The position numbers and the translations under genes are program-made. From assembly GCF_036507355.1 (NCBI RefSeq), contig NZ_AP027877.1: a stretch of DNA of 64,000 nucleotides; one strand, written 5' to 3'. The notes below the pieces were generated by a model that was not told the origin of the DNA, did not search any database, and worked only from the letters and a program-made list of their open reading frames with translations. How positions within the stretch are numbered: the first letter of the stretch is position 1; every line of letters starts with the position of its first letter. This document shows positions 10,191 through 18,317 of the stretch, one piece after another. The stretch comes from Escherichia coli (GTDB taxonomy: Bacteria; Pseudomonadota; Gammaproteobacteria; Enterobacterales; Enterobacteriaceae).

Positions 10191-10428
10191 CACATCCCCG
10201 TCAATACGGCCCTCGCTGTACGCTTACTTTTGTTCGGACTGCTTATGGCCTTTTTCCACTGGTGTAGCAGGAAAGTTAACCGGCTGCCACCATGAGATGA
10301 CGTGTAAACCGTGCAGGCATGTTTTCACGTGGTGACGCTTTCATTGGGGGTCTACGCCGGAACCCCAATATTGTTCACATACATGAATTTGAAAAACTAA
10401 GCGATACTGCTGTCCGTACCTTATAAAC

Positions 10429-11787
10429 TTATTTCAACGCTTCCGGCAGCGTCACAATCCACAGTTCACTGTCAGACTCCGGTTTCTCCAGTGGCTTCAC
10501 TCTGAGGGTCGTTTCAACCTGCTTGTCGTCAAGCGTCAGCTTTCCTTCCGCGTTCACCCGATAATCCTTGAATGTCTTGCCCTCGACCGGATGTTGCATC
10601 GCCACCTTCACGCCAAAGTCGTTATCGTTCGCCACCGCCAGCGTTTTGCTGTCGATCAGCGCCAACCCTTCAGCCTTCTCCTGCTGCCAGCCCAAGGAGC
10701 GCAGATCAACAACCTGCGTTTTCTGCGCAAGGGTAATGCCGCGCTGTGACAGGGTTTTCTCATCATCAAACTCCGGATACTCACCCGGCTTGTCGAAGCC
10801 TGACAGGTCGCTCGCCTTATTGAGATCGACCTCGTAAATCAGGTTACGCATTCTGTTGTTTTTATCTCTTCCCTGTTCGATCAGCAGGATGTGCTGGTTA
10901 TCGAGCGCCACGATGTCTCCGATTTTAGCGTCGCTGTTTTTGCTGTAGGCCGCGCTGTCGATAGGATAACCGTACATCGCGGTTTTTCCGCTTGCCGGAT
11001 CGAAGCTCACCAGACGCGTAAACAGCGCCTTTTTCTTGCTCTTAGCGTCGATATCCAGCGTACTTTGCACGGCGACAATAATACGCCCGTCCGGCATACG
11101 GGTGAGGCCTTCAAAGCCGCGGTTCGCCTGACGCCATTTGAGGATATTTGGCAAACCGCCCGCAATCGCTTTTTCCCCTTCCGCCGCCTGCGGACCGTGG
11201 ATTGCCAGGATTTTCCCTTTACTGTCGATGTTAATCAGGAACGGGCCATACTCATCGCACAGCCAGTAACCTCCTTTACCATCCGGAGTGATCCCTTCCG
11301 TATCCAGCCCGCGATTATCCCCCTTCAGTCTATGTAACGTGTCGCTGAAGGCCACTTCATTGGTGGAGCCAATCACGTCGCTTGCCAGCGGCAGACCGTT
11401 GATCGCGCCTTTATCGTCATGCAGAGGACGGGGATCGATGGCCTCCGCTTTGCCGTTTTGTACACGAATCGTCATCAGCAGCGGCGCGAAATCTGGCGTA
11501 ACGAAAATTTTAGTTTCGTTTTTCCCCTCTTTCGGTGAATCCGCGTTCGGACCGCGATCGGTAATGGTTGCGAATGTCAGGGCATCGCCCTGTTTACCGG
11601 TGAACAGCAGGCCAGAACCTATCCCAACCGGAAGGCCGTTCGGGAATGCACTGGCAAATGCGCCGGCGTAGTTCACGTGCGTGCCTTCTGGAAAACTGAC
11701 GACATAGCGCTCAGCCGTAGGTTGTGCCGCCAGGGCAGAGAAAGAGAGCGTACAACCGATTAGCACGGGAATAATTTTTCTTTTCAT
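10429..11787 (-). CDS. Secreted phytase-like / esterase-like beta-propeller protein
   Basis: ORF 10429..11802(-); signal peptide MKRKIIPVLIGCTLSFSALAAQP; sequence resembles 'esterase-like activity of phytase' family proteins from memory; no catalytic motif verified. Confidence 0.45.
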   Translation of the reverse strand: MKRKIIPVLIGCTLSFSALAAQPTAERYVVSFPEGTHVNYAGAFASAFPNGLPVGIGSGLLFTGKQGDALTFATITDRGPNADSPKEGKNETKIFVTPDFAPLLMTIRVQNGKAEAIDPRPLHDDKGAINGLPLASDVIGSTNEVAFSDTLHRLKGDNRGLDTEGITPDGKGGYWLCDEYGPFLINIDSKGKILAIHGPQAAEGEKAIAGGLPNILKWRQANRGFEGLTRMPDGRIIVAVQSTLDIDAKSKKKALFTRLVSFDPASGKTAMYGYPIDSAAYSKNSDAKIGDIVALDNQHILLIEQGRDKNNRMRNLIYEVDLNKASDLSGFDKPGEYPEFDDEKTLSQRGITLAQKTQVVDLRSLGWQQEKAEGLALIDSKTLAVANDNDFGVKVAMQHPVEGKTFKDYRVNAEGKLTLDDKQVETTLRVKPLEKPESDSELWIVTLPEALK

Positions 11788-12059
11788 ATTGTTAGCATCC
11801 ATAAAGTGAAGATCACACTACACCATAAAGAAGAAACGAGTCAGGAAAATGACATCGAATGGCAACATGCGCGGGCCTGAGGCCAAAGAAATGTAAAACA
11901 CTGTTGTTATTTGTAACAACGGAAACATTTACGGAAATTATTTGTCTTTCTTCGTGATCAAAAATGCTGTGTCTTGTTGGATTGGAGTGATGAGGGCTGC
12001 GTTTAGGAAACGCCCTATATTGTACGGTTGCATTATCGCGGTAGGGGTAATGCACGTGT

Positions 12060-12200
12060 CAGTATGATGAGCTGACCACACTCACGTGGGTGGACTGGTA
12101 TAACAATCGACGATTGCTGGAAAGGCAGGGCCATATCCCACCGGCAGAAGCAGAAAAAGCTTATTATGCTTCCATCGGAAACGATGATCTGGCAGCCTGA
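12060..12200 (+). pseudogene. IS3-family transposase C-terminal remnant
   Basis: Translates to ...QYDELTTLTWVDWYNNRRLLERQGHIPPAEAEKAYYASIGNDDLAA*, the typical C-terminal tail of IS3-family OrfB; the upstream part of the gene is absent. Confidence 0.4.
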
Positions 12201-12298
12201 GTTCACAGATAAAACACTCTCCAGGAAACCCGGGGCGGTTCACTTAGCCGCGTGTCCATTATTGCTGGATAAGATCATAACGAGGTAATGACTCCAAC

Positions 12299-12802
12299 TT
12301 ATTGATAGTGTTTTATGTTCAGATAATGCCCGATGACTTTGTCATGCAGCTCCACCGATTTTGAGAACGACAGCGACTTCCGTCCCAGCCGTGCCAGGTG
12401 CTGCCTCAGATTCAGGTTATGCCGCTCAATTCGCTGCGTATATCGCTTGCTGATTACGTGCAGCTTTCCCTTCAGGCGGGATTCATACAGCGGCCAGCCA
12501 TCCGTCATCCATATCACCACGTCAAAGGGTGACAGCAGGCTCATAAGACGCCCCAGCGTCGCCATCGTGCGTTCACCGAATACGTGCGCAACAACCGTCT
12601 TCCGGAGCCTGTCATACGCGTAAAACAGCCAGCGCTGGCGCGATTTAGCCCCGACATAGCCCCACTGTTCGTCCATTTCCGCGCAGACGATGACGTCACT
12701 GCCCGGCTGTATGCGCGAGGTTACCGACTGCGGCCTGAGTTTTTTAAGTGACGTAAAATCGTGTTGAGGCCAACGCCCATAATGCGGGCTGTTGCCCGGC
12801 AT
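12299..12802 (-). CDS. insB: IS1 InsB (expressed as InsAB' by -1 frameshift)
   Basis: Translation ...[74 protein letters not shown]... matches IS1 InsB. Confidence 0.85.
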
Positions 12803-12996
12803 CCAACGCCATTCATGGCCATATCAATGATTTTCTGGTGCGTACCGGGTTGAGAAGCGGTGTAAGTGAACTGCAGTTGCCATGTTTTACGACAGTGAGA
12901 GCAGAGATAGCGCTGATGTCCGGCGGTGCTTTTGCCGTTACGCACCACCCCGTCAGTAGCTGAACAGGAGGGACAGCTGATAGAAACAGAAGCCAC
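12721..12996 (-). CDS. insA: IS1 InsA
   Basis: [43 protein letters not shown]... identical in character to IS1 InsA. Confidence 0.85.
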
Positions 12997-13065
12997 TGGA
13001 GCACCTCAAAAACACCATCATACACTAAATCAGTAAGTTGGCAGCATCACCGGCCTCGCATTTAA

Positions 13066-13911
13066 TTATTCATTTAAAGATTCAAGAAATGTCCAGCCTT
13101 TATGAGTAACATAATACATTTGTCCTTTTGCCCCTCTTTCAATCACAAAATCAAAGGATAACAGTTCGTTAAGTGCGCCCTCCCAACGGGCTACCTCTCT
13201 AGCCGAACTTCCACCAAAGGATTGATTTCCCGCTTGAATATCCGTGCCACCTAAATGCCTTATCACATAAATTGTTCCGCTATCATCGACACATGCCAAT
13301 TTCAGCAAACTGAGTGCATCGGCGGACAAATTACTTTCTGGCAAAGATTGACTTGTATTCGCATCAGGAGAATTGTTAATGGTAGATATAAGAGAAGACA
13401 AATAAGGGCTACTAGAAATAATTATCGAAAGTTGCCTACGGACTTTGTCTTTGAAATCAGATAAGTCATTAAAAGACTCTATCAATCCCTTTTGCATGCA
13501 CTCAATTTTGAACAATTTAAGAGACTCATATTGTTCTCTATCAAGGCTTTCAGGGGCAACAGGCTTTGAGGAAAAGTAAATCATTGCCGGTTTTCCCGCA
13601 TTCAAATGACGGTGAATTTCTTCGACTGTTCCGCTGGCCTCGTTCCCAGTCGGTGAGCCTAGACGAGTCCAAAACACACCGATTAATAAATCACAATCTA
13701 CTAATAATCTTTGATTAATCAACTCCTGAGGCCTAACTCCTAATTCGGGTGATGTATGAGTTTCCCATCCAATTGGTGTCAACATTACTTTTGAACGAGC
13801 TGAATTTATATCATTCCACTCATGGATCATTTCACGAATGACTTGTCTCTCTTCAGCGACATCACCAGGAGAAGCAATCATTACAGGGATAACAGTTGCT
13901 GTGTAAGCCAT
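13066..13911 (-). CDS. Hypothetical protein with N-terminal DUF4062-like (TIR/STIR-like) domain and uncharacterised C-terminal domain
   Basis: 281-aa AT-rich ORF with GGAGAG RBS; N-terminus VMIASPGDVAEERQVIREMI...CDLLIGVFWTRLGSPTG...SGTVEEIHRHLNAGKPAMIYFSS fits the DUF4062 pattern as I recall it; start lies 14 nt after the recombinase stop; IS1 ends 14 bp past its stop. Confidence 0.5.
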   Translation of the reverse strand: MAYTATVIPVMIASPGDVAEERQVIREMIHEWNDINSARSKVMLTPIGWETHTSPELGVRPQELINQRLLVDCDLLIGVFWTRLGSPTGNEASGTVEEIHRHLNAGKPAMIYFSSKPVAPESLDREQYESLKLFKIECMQKGLIESFNDLSDFKDKVRRQLSIIISSSPYLSSLISTINNSPDANTSQSLPESNLSADALSLLKLACVDDSGTIYVIRHLGGTDIQAGNQSFGGSSAREVARWEGALNELLSFDFVIERGAKGQMYYVTHKGWTFLESLNE

Positions 13912-13924
13912 AAACTCTCCATAT

Positions 13925-14485
13925 TCAATCGGTAATAGCTGCTACAGTCGCTCTTGAAACGCCATATTGACGCGCTAACGCACTGATACTCAAACCGCTA
14001 TTCTTTTTCTCTAAAATCTCTCTACGGGCTTCTGACGCGATTTTAGGAGGTCTGCCCAATTTCTTACCTTCGGCTTTTGCTCGTGATAGTCCCGCCTGAG
14101 TGCGCTCAATCAGCAGATCACGCTCCATCTCCGCAACCGCGGCGAGCATAGATAATAGCAACTTCCCAGCGGCAGAAGTGAGATCTGTGTTACCAAGCTG
14201 GTGGACAAGAACCTTGATATTACGGTCAGCCAGCGCCCTTACCGTTTGCAGGACGTCAATCGCATCACGCCCCAGACGATCAAGCTTCGCTACCACCAAC
14301 GTTTCACCATCGCGGATTTTATTGAGCATTTCAGAAAATGCTTTACGTTGCATTGCCGGAACCTTCCCGCTAACAACATCGGCAAACCAGTAATCAATTT
14401 GCCACCCAGCCTGCCCAAGCTCCAGCCGTTGGTTCTCAGTATCCTGCTGCGATGTCGAAACACGTCCGTAGCCAAAAGTTGCCAT
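13925..14485 (-). CDS. Small serine recombinase (resolvase/invertase family)
   Basis: ORF 13925..14554(-); true start likely MATFGYGRVSTSQQDTENQ (catalytic Ser motif GYxRVSTxxQ) with GGGGAG RBS; C-terminal HTH SISALARQYGVSRATV; about 186 aa. Confidence 0.75.
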   Translation of the reverse strand: MATFGYGRVSTSQQDTENQRLELGQAGWQIDYWFADVVSGKVPAMQRKAFSEMLNKIRDGETLVVAKLDRLGRDAIDVLQTVRALADRNIKVLVHQLGNTDLTSAAGKLLLSMLAAVAEMERDLLIERTQAGLSRAKAEGKKLGRPPKIASEARREILEKKNSGLSISALARQYGVSRATVAAITD

Positions 14486-14507
14486 TGTTATCTCCCCATC
14501 TGACCCC

Positions 14508-14604
14508 TGCCAGAAAACGAGGCCAACATTAGGATGGCCTGCCAGAAAAGCCAAGGCTATTTTTCCAACAGTGTGAAAGCGTGCGATTGGGAGGTGCCAG
14601 AAAA
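14508..14604. repeat. Three direct copies of TGCCAGAAAA upstream of the serine recombinase start; candidate res-like binding sites/operator
   Basis: TGCCAGAAAA at 14508-14517, 14540-14549 and 14595-14604 (spacings 32 and 55 bp), 23-120 bp upstream of the recombinase start codon. Confidence 0.4.
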
Positions 14605-15460
14605 CGGTCGATTGATGACACCATCAAACACTAACAGTGTGCCCCGGCAACGCGCGCCTGCAACGGTTGTCTCGGATGAGCAAAATCTTAGGGTTTTCTC
14701 AGCGACCCCTGACGCGCGGGCACGCACATGCTCACGGGGGCGCGGGCGAGCTATACAGTTGAGGGAGGGGCAACCATAAGCGTGCAATTTTTCAAGCCGG
14801 GGATTCAGCTATAGGCTAACGGTAGAATGCGGCTTGTAGAGGGTTGTGCGCACATACCCAGTACAATCGCATTACTCCACGCGCACAAACCCCGGAGAGC
14901 CGCTTGCGGTGGGGGTTTAAGAGGTACAATTTTTGGTTCGGGTCATAAAGGACTTTTGAGAGCTGACTTAGCTTATTTAAACTGCATTCGTCTTGGCTAT
15001 GGAGACACGAGGCAGCTCAAGTTTTGTTCAAAACTTTGCAATATTTTGGTTCGATCTCATGTTCTCGTGCTAAAGAAATCAGCACTCGATCAAATTTTCA
15101 TTTTTTTTCTGAAACATTGACATACAGCCTAAGCCTTAAGGCACGTAGGGTTGGTCGAAATTTCCCTTTGACAACCTCAATTTAACCTCAAAATCAACCC
15201 TTGTACTGCAAAGAATCCTAACTAGAATGCTGAACATGTAGGGGGGAATCTTATTAACACACCCTATATGTTGTGCTCATGTATAAATGATGGGCATAAA
15301 AAAACCGGAGTCACCTGCGTGAATCCGGTCTATGAAGCATGACCGCCATGAGTCTGCAAACTCATAACGATTGTTAGCCTCACTATCGTTTCTAACGGCT
15401 CGATTGTGCCCGGCTTGGTTGGTTATGTAAACAGTAAGATAAAATCAAAAGGAACGATCC

Positions 15461-16375
15461 ATGCTTATTCAGAAAAAGCGTATTCGAAATATTGATAATT
15501 ACATACCTAACTTTGATGGCCGTGATATCTACATTGCACATTCTTTGCCAGATGCGGGGAAAACGGACTCTATTGGTTTCTCAAGTCAAAGAGCTTTAGG
15601 TGAAGAAGTCCTCCCCAAGATTTTAGGGCCAATAACCAGATTCAATGCTAATGGCAAATCAGTACCTGACAAAACAGCACCTAAAGAAACTGCATACAGA
15701 CAAATTTCATGGACTAGAAAGCAATGGATCGGAGGGGGCGCAACTCAAGAAGTTACTGACACTCGTGAAATTGAGTATAAGCGCTACAAGAGAATCCTCA
15801 CCCCTCCACCAAGCATAGAGTTAAAGATTGTAGAGAATCTTCAAGGGGAGAAGTTGATCATCTCTCCAAAGCTAAGTTTGACAGCTAACAACAAAGAGTT
15901 AGTGGCTCACTGCATTAATCTTTTTTTAGAGCTTTTTGGGTTGTGCGAAACTGTTGACGACCAACTTAATACCATCGTTAAAAGTAAATCTATAAAACTA
16001 AACTGGAGCCTCCTGCCTCAGGGTCAACAGCCTTGGAGTACTATCGGTTCAAAAATCCTTTCAGCTATTAAGATCAGGGGAAAGGGCAATACCGCTGTTG
16101 TTGAAGGCAGACTTGAACTTATCAATAGTAAAAAACCAGATTTCGTAGCGGTTGGGCAAGCTGGGTTCCAAGGCTACGTGATATTTGGGTTCACAGGCCA
16201 AAACATTTACGTGCTAGAAAGCTCACAATGTAATAACGCAACTTATATACTTAACAATAATTGGCAGCAGTTATCCCAGCTAACTAAAGCCGAAATACTA
16301 GACGGAAACTTGCACCATGCCCGTGTCATCCACCGTGTAAACTGGGCAGCAGAAATACTTAAATACTTACCATAA
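15461..16375 (+). CDS. Hypothetical protein (304 aa), AT-rich orphan gene adjacent to leuX
   Basis: Uninterrupted 304-aa ORF with RBS AAAGGAA upstream; strongly AT-biased codon usage; no motif I can assign; ends ~510 bp from the tRNA 3' end. Confidence 0.5.
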   Translation: MLIQKKRIRNIDNYIPNFDGRDIYIAHSLPDAGKTDSIGFSSQRALGEEVLPKILGPITRFNANGKSVPDKTAPKETAYRQISWTRKQWIGGGATQEVTDTREIEYKRYKRILTPPPSIELKIVENLQGEKLIISPKLSLTANNKELVAHCINLFLELFGLCETVDDQLNTIVKSKSIKLNWSLLPQGQQPWSTIGSKILSAIKIRGKGNTAVVEGRLELINSKKPDFVAVGQAGFQGYVIFGFTGQNIYVLESSQCNNATYILNNNWQQLSQLTKAEILDGNLHHARVIHRVNWAAEILKYLP

Positions 16376-16888
16376 AGCGCCGGACGCGCGGGAATGAACC
16401 CCCGCGCACTTTCAAACATACCGCAATAGAATCCATAAAGCCCCGTTGGTGGTAAGACAACAAGCGGAGCCTCTGGCGACTACATCACAGTTATGTCAGT
16501 TAGTGAGGCTTATCAGGATGACCATGTACCCAAGGGGAGCGAGGCCGAACCGCTGGCAGAGCTTGCATATGGTCTGCAAGTACCGTGACCACCATAAACC
16601 TGTTTATCCCCTGCGGCGTCTCGCGACAGCGGCAGAACGGGGGCATCGGGCTAAAATGCGCTTCACTAAAAGTTTTTGGGATTGTTTAGAGACAGTGGCT
16701 ACGTCATAGCTTTCAAGTTGAGTCAGTACGTGTTTGACGCTTGGAACTACACGCCGCTATGAGTTAACATCCCAATTACCACTATCAACCACAGCGGCTT
16801 TTTCAAGGGACATAACAGAGCATTTCTTACAGGCAAAAGAGACAGATTTTATTGTCTAACTACCTGTATTGTAAGGAATTTAGTGACT

Positions 16889-16973
16889 TGGTGCCGAAGG
16901 CCGGACTCGAACCGGCACGTATTTCTACGGTTGATTTTGAATCAACTGCGTCTACCGATTTCGCCACTTCGGC
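16889..16973 (-). tRNA. leuX: tRNA-Leu (CAA anticodon)
   Basis: Reverse complement reads GCCGAAGTGGCGAAATCGGTAGACGCAGTTGATTCAAAATCAACCGTAGAAATACGTGCCGGTTCGAGTCCGGCCTTCGGCACCA: 85 nt, long variable arm, CAA anticodon loop, 3' CCA. Confidence 0.9.
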
Positions 16974-17168
16974 ACTGAAGAGGTATGCGGAAAACGTTGT
17001 GGATTATACCTGTCGCACGCCACCATGCAAGCGCCAGCTTGCTCGCACCTCGCTAAGTGCTGAAATTTTCAGCATTGCATACAGCGATGTGTAACCTTTG
17101 TCACACTCCAGGCACCCCGCCCTGCCATGCTCTACACTTCCCAGACAACACCAGAGAAGGACCAAAAA

Positions 17169-18188
17169 ATGTCGATGATAAAAAGCTATGCCGCAAAAGA
17201 AGCAGGCGGCGAACTGGAAGTTTATGAGTACGATCCCGGTGAACTGAAGCCACAAGATGTTGAAGTGCAGGTGGATTACTGCGGGATCTGCCATTCCGAT
17301 CTGTCGATGATCGATAACGAATGGGGATTTTCACAATATCCGCTGGTTGCCGGGCATGAGGTGATTGGTCGCGTGGTGGCGCTCGGGAGCGCCGCGCAGG
17401 ATAAAGGTTTGCAGGTCGGTCAGCGTGTCGGGATTGGCTGGACGGCGCGTAGCTGCGGGCATTGCGATGCCTGTATTAGCGGTAATCAGATCAACTGTGA
17501 GCAAGGTGCGGTGCCGACGATTATGAATCGCGGTGGCTTTGCCGAGAAGTTGCGTGCGGACTGGCAATGGGTGATTCCACTGCCAGAAAATATTGATATC
17601 GAGTCCGCCGGGCCGCTGTTGTGCGGTGGTATCACGGTCTTCAAACCACTGTTAATGCACCATATCACTGCCACCAGCCGCGTTGGGGTAATTGGTATTG
17701 GCGGGCTGGGGCATATCGCTATAAAACTTCTGCACGCAATGGGATGCGAGGTGACAGCCTTTAGTTCGAATCCGGCGAAAGAGCAGGAAGTACTGGCGAT
17801 GGGTGCCGATAAAGTGGTGAATAGCCGCGATCCGCAGGCACTGAAAGCACTGGCGGGGCAGTTTGATCTCATTATCAACACCGTCAACGTCAGCCTCGAC
17901 TGGCAGCCTTATTTTGAAGCGCTGACGTACGGCGGTAATTTCCATACGGTCGGTGCGGTTCTCACGCCGCTGTCTGTTCCGGCCTTTACGTTAATTGCGG
18001 GCGACCGCAGCGTCTCTGGTTCTGCTACCGGCACGCCTTATGAGTTGCGTAAGCTGATGCGCTTTGCCGCCCGCAGCAAGGTTGCGCCGACTACCGAATT
18101 GTTCCCGATGTCGAAAATTAACGACGCCATTCAGCATGTACGCGATGGTAAAGCGCGCTACCGAGTGGTCCTGAAAGCCGACTTCTGA
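17169..18188 (+). CDS. ahr: NADPH-dependent aldehyde reductase (Zn-dependent alcohol dehydrogenase family)
   Basis: ORF 17127..18188(+); [45 protein letters not shown]..., zinc-ADH motifs (GHE, CxxC) and GxGxxG NADP site; matches Ahr/YjgB. Confidence 0.9.
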   Translation: MSMIKSYAAKEAGGELEVYEYDPGELKPQDVEVQVDYCGICHSDLSMIDNEWGFSQYPLVAGHEVIGRVVALGSAAQDKGLQVGQRVGIGWTARSCGHCDACISGNQINCEQGAVPTIMNRGGFAEKLRADWQWVIPLPENIDIESAGPLLCGGITVFKPLLMHHITATSRVGVIGIGGLGHIAIKLLHAMGCEVTAFSSNPAKEQEVLAMGADKVVNSRDPQALKALAGQFDLIINTVNVSLDWQPYFEALTYGGNFHTVGAVLTPLSVPAFTLIAGDRSVSGSATGTPYELRKLMRFAARSKVAPTTELFPMSKINDAIQHVRDGKARYRVVLKADF

Positions 18189-18317
18189 TCCCTTTGCCGG
18201 GTGCCTGTCGCCCGGCACTTAAATCTCTTTGGAAGGCGTCTCGCAATCTGCTGAATTTAGCGGTGAAGAGTGCGCAGCCGTTGCCTATACTCCAGGCAGG
18301 AAACTGGAGGAAATCTC

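Larger units (their letters stand above)
7939..10227 (+). mobile_element. IS66-family insertion sequence (orfA-orfB-orfC), apparently shortened
   Basis: Terminal inverted repeats GTAAGCGTACAGC at 7939 and its reverse complement ending at 10227; three-gene IS66 organisation; flanking 8-mers differ (AAATAGTG vs TTTTGTTC), so no target-site duplication. Confidence 0.7.
12284..13051 (-). mobile_element. IS1 insertion sequence (768 bp)
   Basis: Ends GGTAATGACTCCAACTTATTGATAGTG (12284) and ...ATCAGTAAGTTGGCAGCATCACC (13051); insA and insB inside; flanking 9-mers differ (TCATAACGA vs GGCCTCGCA), so no target-site duplication. Confidence 0.9.

Noticed and set aside
11813-12055. 80-aa minus-strand ORF upstream of the phytase-like gene
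   Set aside because: Lies in the probable promoter region; no RBS, and composition suggests non-coding sequence
14534-15120. ORFs of 76-97 aa in the recombinase-orphan intergenic region, and the N-terminal extension of the recombinase ORF to 14554
   Set aside because: No RBS and unusual composition; the recombinase's conserved N-terminal catalytic motif begins at the internal Met with a good RBS, so the extension is an ORF-finder artefact
14560-16375. Possibility that the structured non-coding region plus the 304-aa gene form a retron (msr/msd + reverse transcriptase)
   Set aside because: The 304-aa protein lacks reverse-transcriptase motifs (no YxDD box, no typical finger/palm motifs); a single LPQG tetrapeptide looks coincidental
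1-16888. Direct repeat of the leuX 3' end (attL/attR) marking island boundaries
   Set aside because: I could not find a second copy of the GGCCGGACTCGAACC-type tRNA 3' segment by eye; a computational search is needed before claiming it is absent
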